A stretch of 64,000 bases of DNA from Podarcis erhardii (taxonomy: Eukaryota). Location: assembly GCA_964252035.1 (NCBI GenBank), contig OZ176202.1; one strand, given 5' to 3'. Of this stretch, positions 38,640 through 48,540 are shown one piece after another. Numbering within the stretch: the first letter of the stretch is position 1; each line of letters begins with the position of its first letter. The notes below the pieces were generated by a model that searched no databases, was not told the origin of the DNA, and saw only the letters and a program-made list of their open reading frames with translations. Position numbers and translations under genes: made by a program.

Positions 38640-39990
38640 TTAGGTATTGAGAAGAGGTAAACTAAGCCCGAGGCCCCTCGCTTGCCCCACCACCTGCATG
38701 CGCGTGAGGGAGACTCTCCTCAGGTAAGCGCGCTTTCGGCTGCAGGCGCGGCGGCTTTTGCCTTCCGCTCGCCGGAAGGAAGCTCGCCTGCCGACTCACC
38801 CGCGTTGTAGAAGCGGTCGAGCACCGCCGTCTCGCCGAAGTCCAGCTTGCCGAAGTGCAGCGTCTGCAGGTCGGCGCCCACCGCCTCGCACGCTTCCCTC
38901 AGGCTCTGCAGGGCCCCGCTCTCCGCCGCCTGCAGCAGCCCCGGACTCGCCTCGTTGATCACGTAAGACACTGTGGTGCTCCTGTTGCTGTGGCCGCCGC
39001 CGCCGCCGCCGCTGTTGTTTTTGGCCCGGGCCGCCGTGTCGCTGGCGGGGCAGACGGAGCTGCTGTCCTCATTCCAAAAGGTGCCGGGCGGCGGCGCGCC
39101 TGGGCCGCCCAGGAAACCCCGGCCCGCCGGCCCCTCGCCTGCCGCCGGCGCTCTCCTGGCGAGCCCATCCTCGTAGAGCAGCGGGCAGCCGCCGCCAAGA
39201 ATGCCCGGCGGGCTGGGCACCGAGAAGCTGATGATCCCCGCCTCGCTGGGGTCGCTCATGCCGGCTGCTCCTGTCCCGGCCGCCTCCTTGCCCCGGGACG
39301 AGACTTTATGCAGATGCCATGCCGCCGCCGCCGCCGCCGCCTTTCCCCCTCGACCTGCTTTCTGCAGTTGCCTTGTGCGAGCTGGAAACCGGAGCGGGAG
39401 GGGAGGAGGGAGAAAAGGAGCCCTTCTTTGATTTCAAGCTGCAGCGGCGCGGGAAACGCGGATTCCTCCGTTGCCCGCCAAAGCCACCATTGCGCACTCC
39501 TTTCCTGAGCCCCGCCGGCTCCTCAGGTTGGCGATCGGCTCATCCGGCAGCCCCAGGCGCCTTTGCAAGGGTATTATTGCACGCCAGCCGCCCTAGCTCT
39601 CGCAGTTCTTCAGCAAACCCGCCGCCGTTTGCGGGAGCGCGCCTCTCGCCGGTACGCAGCCTCTACCTCGCCCGAGGGGCTTTGCCAACGTGAAAGACCG
39701 GGGGAAAGCGAGCGAGCGAGCGCCCAGCCACTTGTTGCATTGCTACTGTGCAAAAGCAGCACCCTGCCCAGGAAAGGCTCCGCCCTCCTACCTTAGCCAC
39801 GCCCCCTGCCCTGTAGTAGAGAGAGAACTGCGCATTCCTGCGCTTGTAAACATAAGACGAGCGCCAAAGTTTGGTCGAGAGGAATCGTGCGGCGCCTGAA
39901 CCGAGAAGTGGCTCCTGTATGATAAAGCGCCCTCTGCTGTGCTGCTCCTCTCGTCGACTTTGCTCAAGGTTGCTTTTACGCAAACGGGAG
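38640..39990. promoter_or_regulatory. CpG island covering the MAP3K5 promoter, 5'UTR and exon 1
   Basis: Sharp rise in GC and CpG content against an AT-rich background; E2F-type sites at 39449-39456 and 39861-39868; forkhead core GTAAACA at 39846-39852; boundaries approximate. Confidence 0.85.
38800..39259 (-). CDS. MAP3K5: MAP3K5/ASK1 coding exon 1 (460 nt)
   Basis: Translates MSDPSEAGIISFSVP...TTVSYVINEAS...LQSLREACEAVGADLQTLHFGKLDFGETAVLDRFYNA, matching the ASK1 N-terminus; GTGAGT donor starts at 38799; phase 1; lies in a CpG island. Confidence 0.97.
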
Positions 39991-42044
39991 CCCGTTAAGT
40001 AAAGAGGCTTCGCTTTACAGTCCCCACTTTCATTTCCTTTTTAAATGCAGAGGCAAGTAGTGTTGCAAGATCCTCACCGAGTATTAATTTATAAATTTCA
40101 GTCCATTTTGATTTTTTTTGCTGGCATATTCTTCTTCCCTGCCCTTCTCCCCAAGGTCCCAGGGTGGGTTACAGCATTAAAGCACGTGGCATGAACCTTA
40201 TTCTTGAAATACTAGGTGGGAAATGGGATGAAGTTAAGCACATATACGAATTCTTATTCTGTTCTTCATCTGTTCAAATATCTTGGTGGGAGGGGGTGTC
40301 TTGTTCTCGTTAGAGCTGGAAGGTAACAATGAACTGTTCTCTTTGGCAAAGGGTTGTAGTCAAGTGATAGAGCACATGCTTTTCATGCAGAAGATATTCC
40401 ATCCCAAACATCTCCACGTAGGGTTCAGGAAGGCCATTGTCTGAAACCCTGGAGAATTACTCTCTGTCTTTGGACTATAATGAGCTAGATAAGCTAATTG
40501 TCTGATTGGATAAGGAAACTAAGTTTCCTATTCTTATTTATTTAGTTATAAATTTTTATACACATCAAAGCAATCCTAGGGTTGTTTCCACCAAGATGTT
40601 TCAACAAATATGTTCCAGGTTTTACTTTCAAGTGTACAGGACTAGGGTGGGTTCCATAGGGCTATAAACATTAAAGGCCAGAGTGCTTATTGATTGGTTG
40701 ATTGCATTTATATCTCACCTTGTTTTTCCAAGAGATCTGGGTAGCATACATGGTTCTCTCCCCTGCTCTTTTAATTCCCACAACTACTGTGTGTGGTAGG
40801 CTAGGCTGAGGTAGGTCATGGCCGAGTGGGGATTTGAACCCTCTCCCAGTTCCCACTCCAACACTCTAGCAACTATAGCACACAGGCTCTACCCATTGAC
40901 ACCCCCCCCAGCATGTGCAACATAGTGTCCTTCTGCCTAAAGAATGCATATATTATTATTATTATTATTTATTATTATTTTTACATATGAAAAATAAGCC
41001 TATCAAAAATAAACTTTCTGTCCTAACCTCCTTCACATGCTCATCTTCTGTATGCATGTGCATTTTGCTAGGGGGAACATTCAAAGATACCACCATCCAA
41101 CCTGTTCCTTGAAACCAAGTTCGGGTACCAATCCCATGCATCCACCAACATGCAGAAATAGCTTCCCTGTCTTCTTTGTGACTCTTTTCTTGCAATAGAA
41201 CAACCACTGTTGTTGATACCTCACGGGAAATAATCCCCTGGCATAGCCATAACAGATGATGTAAGTGCAAATGCAGAACTGGAGACAAACAGACTGGAGG
41301 TAGTATGAGTTAAAAGGCTATGGGAATAAACTTTTATTTGTTTTATAAATGTAGGCAACATTTGAAGTGACAGGTCTGTTTGACATTCAAGCAAGTTTAT
41401 TTACAACTTGTGCCCAAGACATCTTTGCATTGGCTCAACACTATTAGAAAAAATATAAATAAAAAATACTTCATATGGGATCCACTGTTACACAGTGGTT
41501 ACAATGTTTGTCTGAATTGGTAAAAGTCAGTATGTCTCGATTTCAATACAACCAGTGGTAAAAATGGGAACAGTGGTCAAGTTAAGTTAAACAAAGCTCT
41601 TTGCAATGCAATTGAATAAATAGGATGAATAAAAAGGGCGGAATCTAGCCACTTTCTCACAGCTTTCATTAAATATAATGTTGCTTACAGTGTGACCCCT
41701 CCTAACACCAAAAAATGTCAGGGATTTTAGTTCTCATTATGTATAGGATACCTTTTGTGTAGCCCAAAATGCTCAAGGACTGAAGCACATGTTCAAACAT
41801 GATAACTGGGCAATTGGTGATTTCTGATTAAATTTTTGGTGGCATCTACACCTGTCCACAATTTAATTAACCTATTCAATATATATGGAATGAAAATCTA
41901 TCTGGAATATCCTGAAATACTGCAAGAGCTCCCACAGCATGTTTTTCCTAGGGGAATTTGCAATTTATAGGGGAAAAGAGCCTGTAGCTTCTTAAAAACT
42001 AAATAATCTTTAAGCATAAGGATTCATGAATTATCTATGTGCTG

Positions 42045-42125
42045 TAATAAAATTGTCATATCTTTAAAGTGTCACAGCCCTCTGTTGTTTCTGTTAAAAC
42101 AGACTAAAATAGCTCTCAGTCTGGA
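42045..42125 (+). mobile_element. Decayed Penelope-like pLTR fragment
   Basis: AATAAAATTGTCATATCTTTAAAGTGTCACAGCCCTCTGTTG...AACAGACTAAAATAGCT resembles the reptile Penelope terminus; no ribozyme core retained. Confidence 0.4.
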
Positions 42126-42431
42126 AGTTTTTGCATTTTTAGTCCTTGGCTGCCACCTACTGTTCTCTTGAGTGGATCCCCTTTTAGGACACTGTTACAT
42201 CACATAACAATATAAATTACATTGTTGTTTTTTACACTTAAAATGTTAAGAACCACCATTAACTTTTCAATGACAAGTGTGTTAGTGATTTACAGCCATT
42301 TTTCTAGATCAGACAGGAACACTGTAGTATTTATGTAGCCTGGTCTGGAGGGAATAAGACTTGTCTTGAAGTAACATAATCAAACTTTAAAAATTAATTG
42401 GCCTTATATTATTTACTTGTGTCTAACACTG

Positions 42432-42553
42432 TGGAAAGTGTTCTTGAAGCTACGAACATGAGTTTGACCAAGCTGGGGGAGGCAGTGGAAGACAGGAGTG
42501 CCTGGCGTGCTCTGGTCCATGGGGTCACGAAGAGTCGGACACGACTCAACAAC
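42432..42553 (+). mobile_element. Bov-B (RTE clade LINE) 3' fragment
   Basis: GGAGTGCCTGGCGTGCTCTGGTCCATGGGGTCACGAAGAGTCGGACACGACT followed by a (CAA)n tail, characteristic of the Bov-B 3' end. Confidence 0.82.
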
Positions 42554-43916
42554 AAAATTTGTATTAAATATATATTAAAGGAAAATGATTGCCCTTCACC
42601 TTCAGTTCAAAATTAGTTTAAAATTTGGCCCTGGTAATAATTGTTGGCCTAGAATATTTTAGGAGCAGACACAGAGCCCAATTTTGGGGTAAACCTTTAA
42701 CCCATAATTTATAACAGGGCTGGGGCACCTCAAGCCTTGGGGCCAAATGCTGGCCTCCCTTGGGACTTTTACCAGGCCATATCTCCCCCCTAAGCCTTGT
42801 TTCACATCTTCCTTGAGTGTTTTGGCCTGGCTGGAAAATGTCAACCCTGATGGTACTCTCTGCTTACCTGGATGGTGATAGAAGGGTGCATGAGTATGTG
42901 TAGAAACTAGTCTACTATATGGAGATAGATTTTACATTAATTACTCCACACACTTTTTCCTCTGGCACTGCAAGCAGCCCCCAGATGGAAATGCCACTCA
43001 TGGATTGAAAAAGGTTCCCTGCCCAAGACGTATAATGTAAACCACCAGCCAATGCTTCTTTATCTGCATGTATTTATCATGTATATGGCTGGGTTGGCTG
43101 CTTTGCCAGATTATAAACTTAGAATCCTTGCTTTTGAAAATAACTTTTATATAGGGGGAAGAATTCCCCTATTCTGCTCCCACATTCACTCCTCTTTCCC
43201 CTCATTAAGACAGTGCCTGGAAGAAACACTGCTACTATCTTCCTCAGCAAGTTCTCATCTGTTTGTAATTCAAGGAGTATCACACTGCAGCCAATTTAAA
43301 AGGATGCACAATTCCTCTTCCTCTGCTCTAGCCTTGCAAAAGCCTCCCACTTCCTCAATGACGCAACCTTTCAAAAGGGAATCAGCCCAGAGAAGACTGA
43401 GAGGGAAGGAACTCTCTTCCACATACTCTGCAGCTGTTGCTGCATGCCCCACAAAATCAAGCAGAAGAGACACACATGAGCTTCTTGAAACACAAACACA
43501 CACACTAGCAGCTAATCTAGAGGGAGCCAGGAGGGTGGGCAGAGGCCTCTATCTCTTCAAGCATCCAGCACAGCACAGTCTTCCACTCACACTTTTGCTT
43601 GGGATTCACCAGGCTTGCTAGGTACTGTGGCTGCACTGCTCTTCCCAATGCAATTGGTATCACAATTAACACTGAACTGAGAAAGGCTGAATTCTTGTAT
43701 CTACATTTAGAAGGCATTTCTATTATACAGAGCCCCTTGCCCTTTTCTGATACAAGATTTTTGAGAATTCTCATGTATGGCAACACGGCTGTAAATTTGT
43801 AAGTTTCCCCAGGGCTTCTTGTTCTGGGATCCTGAAGCACACAACAGAAACGCTTCTTCTCAAACCTTCTTGTTTTCAAAGCTGGGACAAGGGTCAACAC
43901 TGTCTTTGAGAGTCAG

Positions 43917-43963
43917 CTAATTTACTCCCTTCACTTTTCAGTCTAATTTACTCCCTTCACTTT
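43917..43963. repeat. Tandem duplication, 21-bp exact unit at a 26-bp period
   Basis: CTAATTTACTCCCTTCACTTT occurs at 43917 and 43943. Confidence 0.9.
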
Positions 43964-46112
43964 AATTAGAGGATTCAGCCTAAGTATATTTTAGAATCAG
44001 GTATCAAATTTAAAAATTAGTTTCTAACTTCTGAGCGGCAAGGTCACATCCTGGATTCTCAGTACAGAGCACTTCATATGACAAGAATGATGTTTTTTGA
44101 TGGGTGGAAAATGATATAATTCCATAATTTCTTGTGCACACAGGGTACTTTTGATAAATCTAATGCACAAATTAACATGTTTAGTCAAACAAAGTTGTAC
44201 TTTGTATTAAAATTGCTTAATGGTTATGCAACTCTTTTGAAAAATCTCATTATTTATGCTGCTTATCTTTCAGCCACCTACGCAGCTTGAAACCGATTGA
44301 AACTTTAAGGCTTTTTGACAATGCCAACAATAACACATCCATGCAAGAAATGTTAGAGGCTAAAATAATTAGGCACTGCTTTTTACATGGCATTGTTTAT
44401 CATTCCAAGTTCAGAGTAGCAAAAGTGTGTGTCTTAAAACATTTCAGTTATTACAGAACAATGTAATAATTTGCAGAACGATTACTGATAAAACTCTACC
44501 AAGTGAGTCATTGGACTTTTATCATGCAAAAACTGATAGGATTTCACAACAAACAGAGCTGCAATCCTATGAGATAAAGTGGTATTAAAATCAATTAAAC
44601 TTTCTTCTCAGAAAACATGCATCAGATAAGTCTCAAAGCTGCTATCGGAAAAGCATTTGCTCTTGAAAAAACTGACTCGAAAGGGACATCAAGCCCACAA
44701 TGTTAGATATACTTATTAAGATGTGGCGTGTATGTTTCTTGAATCATGGGAAGGAAGGAGGCAGACAGGCTTGGAGGAAATAAAACATACAGAAAGGGGG
44801 CAGAGAAAGAAATTAATCTCCCTCGCCCAAGAAGCAACAAACAGACCACTCAGAAAAGAGAGGCAGGAGAAACCAAAAAGACACATGGGAGCAGGTGAGG
44901 GAAGGGAAATGAAACGGAAGGTGCCTCCAGACTGTCAGTATTTTGTGGGAGGGAGTCTACGCATATTGGAAATTAATGTTTGTGCAATTAAAATGGATTT
45001 AAGTGCTCTGCTGCTCTAGTGCTAGTGCAAAAAAAATTAAAAAGAACATTGCCTTTTTGTGGTTTGGAAAGTGATGAGGAAATGCACTGAAAAGTGTGGG
45101 ACGCATGAATGATTAATAGGAAAACGCCCACAAGCAATTCAGGATGAATGCTCATTATGATATAACCTCCCAGCATGCTTTGTGTAAGCAAATCAAAATG
45201 AGTGCTGAACACACTGGACACGCCCATAGAACTCTGCTTTCTTCTTGGTGCCAATCTCAATCTGGGGGAAAAAGAGAGAGTGGTAAGAAACTGGAATCAG
45301 TGATACTCCTCCTACTTCCTTTCAAAGCTTTCTGTAGTTTTCCAATGAGAGATTGTTCCTTTCTCAATTCCAAGGAATACAGAAAAGAAGTAAACTCCTG
45401 GAGAGGGGCAGGAGTGCAAAAGTTTCACAGGCACTGGAGGAGGCTTTCAGGGGCACCATTGCATCTGCCACACTGGGGACACCAGGCCTAATATAATGGA
45501 TGCTGTCAGGTGAGAGCTTATGGTGGAAGGAATCTGGCATTTCAACAGAGCTGGTACTTTTGGTAGTCCTGCATCACAGATCTTTGCCAGGATCTGTGTT
45601 ATCAACACATTTTATGAATCACCAGTTAAAAATGTAATTATCACTTTTATTTCATTTCCTACTTATCTCACCGTTTACAATTCCCCATACACATCTCCTC
45701 AACAATGTATATTCTCCTGTGATTTAGGATAATACTTTTATGCATCAAATGAAGTATATCAGAGATAGCCAATATGCTGCTATCCCATCATAACTTGTGG
45801 CACAGACCTTTCTACCTAGCATTCTCCCAAGAGAAAAAGGCTTCACACAACTCACTCTTCTTCCAGTTACATACAATCCTCCATATGTGGAGCAAGAATC
45901 AGTTTTAAAATGAAACTGAAGAGAGACTGGGTTAGTTGATCTCTTTTGTTGCAAATGCTTTGAAATAATTATGTGGTAAACCACCCCCTGGGGGGGACCA
46001 AGTGTTTTTTGTTCCTTGTTTGTTGGAACAGAACTCTGGTTCTATTCTGTTGTTTGGGGCCATGCAGACTGGAGAAAGCAGTCAATGAAAAAGTTAAAAG
46101 CTGATGGTGTTT

Positions 46113-46183
46113 CCTGCTTGGCAGGGGGTTGGACTCGATGGCCCTTGTGGTCTCTTCCAACTCTATGATCTATGATATTCTGT
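46113..46183 (+). mobile_element. CR1-type 3' tail fragment
   Basis: GGCAGGGGGTTGGACTCGATGGCCCTTGTGGTCTCTTCCAACTCTATGAT. Confidence 0.6.
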
Positions 46184-46308
46184 GAATAGAGATTAATTCT
46201 TTCGTAGTTATTTCAAATAACACACATTTTAGAAACTCAAAGCTGCCTCTTTTCAATCCTAGTAATGCTATCTTACTGACAGAAAGTAAAGCAGCATTCA
46301 GATTACAC

Positions 46309-46785
46309 CAGTGTCCAAACTTTTTTCAAAGAGGGCCAGATTTGATGAAGTGAAGTGCCATGAGGGCCGACCAAAGGGCCAACCAATGTTGTTGACCTTT
46401 TTTTAGGATTGAAGTTGTTGAGCATAGAGTATTTTTCCAGATTAAAAGGGAACCATTAAACAGATTTTTAAACATTTGCCATGTCAAACCAGTTCACTAA
46501 AATCTGAAGTGAACATTTTATAGGACTATGGCAGGACCCATCTAAAGCTTATGGCAGGGGTGGCCAACTCCCAAGAGACTACGATCTACTCACAGAGTTA
46601 AACACTTGCAGTAATCTACCCCCTTTTGGGGGGTTCAGGTCAAAGTTGTTGAGTTTTTTCAGGGAGGAGGTAAAATGTTGAGCTTTTTTGGGGGGGAGCC
46701 ACAGTTGTTCAGCTTCTTTGGGGGGAGCCAACGGTCTACCAGTGATCTACCGCAGATGCCCATTACTCATTGCTAGGCTTCCTCT
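46309..46785. mobile_element. Composite of hAT-like non-autonomous elements
   Basis: CAGTGTCCAAACT and CAGGGGTGGCCAACT ends, GATCTAC motifs, GTTGTTGAGC repeats; boundaries approximate. Confidence 0.45.
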
Positions 46786-46954
46786 TTTTGTTAACTCTGC
46801 CTTTTTGCTTTGGAAAACAAACTTGCTAAATGCACCCTGCCACATGCTCCTGTGCTTTTTAGAGGCCTAATTACAATAGTATCTTCGGTTTAATGCATTT
46901 GTCTATTTTTAACTTTGTAAATTACCCTGGAATCATGAAGATCAACATTAAAAA

Positions 46955-47185
46955 ATTCCTTCCAGTAGCACCTTAGAGACCAGCTAAGTTTGTTATTGGT
47001 ATGAGCTTTCGTGTATGAGCTTTCGTGTATGAGCTTTCGTGTGCATGCACACTTCTTCAGATACCATGCACGTGCATGCACACAAAAGCTCATACCAATA
47101 ACAAACTTAGTTGGTCTCTAGTTGGATTTTTTTTTAATTTTGTTTCAACTACAGCAGACTAGCACGGCTACCTACCTATATCTAG
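46955..47185. mobile_element. Penelope-like retroelement pLTR remnant, inverted pair
   Basis: GTAGCACCTTAGAGACC...TATGAGCTTTCGTG...CTTCTTCAGATAC and downstream CAGCAGACTAGCACGGCTACC resemble reptile Penelope termini; 36-bp inverted arms at 46974-47009 and 47085-47120 (35/36 identical). Confidence 0.7.
46997..47066 (-). ncRNA. Putative minimal type I hammerhead ribozyme (Penelope-associated)
   Basis: Minus strand reads UGGUAU-CUGAAGA-A-GUGUG(CAUG)CACAC-GAAA-GCU-C-AUAC..., i.e. the CUGANGA/GAAA core, a 5-bp helix II, a palindromic AGCU helix III, a CUC cleavage triplet, and helix I UGGUAU/AUACCA. Confidence 0.65.
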
Positions 47186-47381
47186 AAGATCAACATAGTT
47201 CTAATTGAAATAAATTTAAAAATTCAATAGCTACACAGCCTTCTCAACTGCTGCATCTCCTATGGCGAGGGCTGCAACCCCTGTGGAAGTATTTCGCCTT
47301 TGTACTATCTTTAATGGCCCCAAAGCCCTGCCCAACCCTCATGCTTCTAAGCCTTGTGTAGTCTGCCTTTTACATAAGAGG

Positions 47382-47583
47382 CAGGGCCAGCCCCTTCATG
47401 AGGCAAGGTGAGGCAACTGCCTCGGGCAGCAGAATCCACAGGGGCAGCAGATCTAGATGTAAGTCTTCAGTCCCCCTCCATGTTGCCTGATGTAGATCTT
47501 CAGGCACCCCTCCATCCCTGGTGGGGAGGGGGAGGCCGCCATTTTGTGGCTCGCCTCAGTTGCCTCAATGTATTGGGCCACTC
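47382..47583. mobile_element. Degenerate hAT-like MITE next to the PEX7 CpG island
   Basis: CAGGGCCAGCCC left end; subterminal TGAGGCAA/TTGCCTCA inverted motifs; right end decayed. Confidence 0.42.
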
Positions 47584-47589
47584 CTTTGC

Positions 47590-48540
47590 ATTGGGTTAGA
47601 GAACAGGATTAACGGCGCTTCGAACCACGGCAAGGAAATGAAGCTCGCCCAACTCTGCTCGCTGTCGTGTTTCACGTTTCTTCCCCGCACGTGGGGGGAA
47701 ACGTCCCTCGAGCTGCGACGAGGAACCGGAAGCCTCGTTGAAGAAACACCGAGCAGGCTACTGCTATTGCAAGCCCTAGGGCGCTTCTCCATTACCGCCC
47801 CGCCCTAGAAACTGGAGAGGCGGCGCTCTTTGCCCAAACCTATGATGGCGGCGGAGGCGACCTCTGCCCACAGTTCCGGCGGCCGGAGCTGGGCGGGGCG
47901 ACGGCGACGGGAGCGGGACCTCCCCACAGAGAAGGAGAGGCGGCAGCGCCTCTCCCGCAGCCGGCCCGGGATAGCTCGAGCGACGCGGTTGAGGCTATGA
48001 GCCGCGGCGGCGGAGGTGGTGGTGGCGCGCCGGCGAAGCCCCCGAGGGCGCAGGCCTTCCGCCTGCCCGGCCGCCACGGCTACGCGGTCGAGTTCTCGCC
48101 TTACCTGCCCGGGCGCTTGGCCTGTGCTGCCTCGCAGTACTACGGAATTGCAGGTGAAGCGGCAAGCAGAGTGCGCATGCGTGGAGAGGGGCAAAGCCGT
48201 GTTGTGTTTTCCAGGCTGCCCGGTTCTTCCGGACCATCGACGTTGGTTGAAACATGTGGTTTGCCGGGCAAGCAGTTCTTCCAAAAAGAGTAATCTAAAA
48301 AGAAATAGAACGGCATCCCGTTTGCATGTTTGCTCAAGCCCCGCTAATTTAGGATTACCTTCCATGCAAGCGTGATCATCTCAGCCTTGTTGACTTGACA
48401 GCAAAGCCCCACGGATTTCGGTTGGGCTAGTTAGTTGCTGCCGCCTAGGCTTGAGGGCTGCAGCCTTTAGATGAGTATGCGCTCAGTGGGGCTTGCTTTG
48501 GGAGCAAGCACGCTTGTGGTCGGGCTCGTGCTGCGACGTT
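47590..48540. promoter_or_regulatory. CpG island covering the PEX7 promoter and exon 1
   Basis: GC- and CpG-rich; GC boxes (CCGCCCCGCCC near 47797, GGGCGGGG near 47891); NRF1-like TGCGCATGCG at 48172-48181; boundaries approximate. Confidence 0.85.
47997..48153 (+). CDS. PEX7: PEX7 (PTS2 receptor) coding exon 1 (157 nt)
   Basis: [52 protein letters not shown](G), matching PEX7 [18 protein letters not shown]; GT donor at 48154; lies in a CpG island. Confidence 0.95.

Noticed and set aside
38855-39796. Long plus-strand ORFs (217 aa, 124 aa and others) over the MAP3K5 island
   Set aside because: Low-complexity Ala/Arg/Pro products expected from stop-poor GC-rich DNA antisense to exon 1; no recognisable domain.
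43052-43621. 189-aa plus-strand ORF in the intergenic region
   Set aside because: No recognisable domain, begins in repeat-like sequence and has a Ser/Leu-rich noncoding composition; not supportable without expression data.
47003-47044. CRISPR-like array reading of the 14-nt repeats
   Set aside because: The repeats are directly adjacent with no spacers, in a vertebrate genome; this is a slippage triplication.
47071-47096. Second hammerhead on the plus strand of the Penelope inverted pair
   Set aside because: GAAA is mutated to AAAA and the CUGANGA box is missing.
47842-47996. Upstream ATG as an N-terminal extension of PEX7
   Set aside because: It is out of frame with 47997 and ends at an overlapping TGA; kept only as a uORF candidate.
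47805-48375. 186-aa minus-strand ORF and 119-aa plus-strand ORF over PEX7 exon 1
   Set aside because: Shadow ORFs of a CpG island; no homology recognised.
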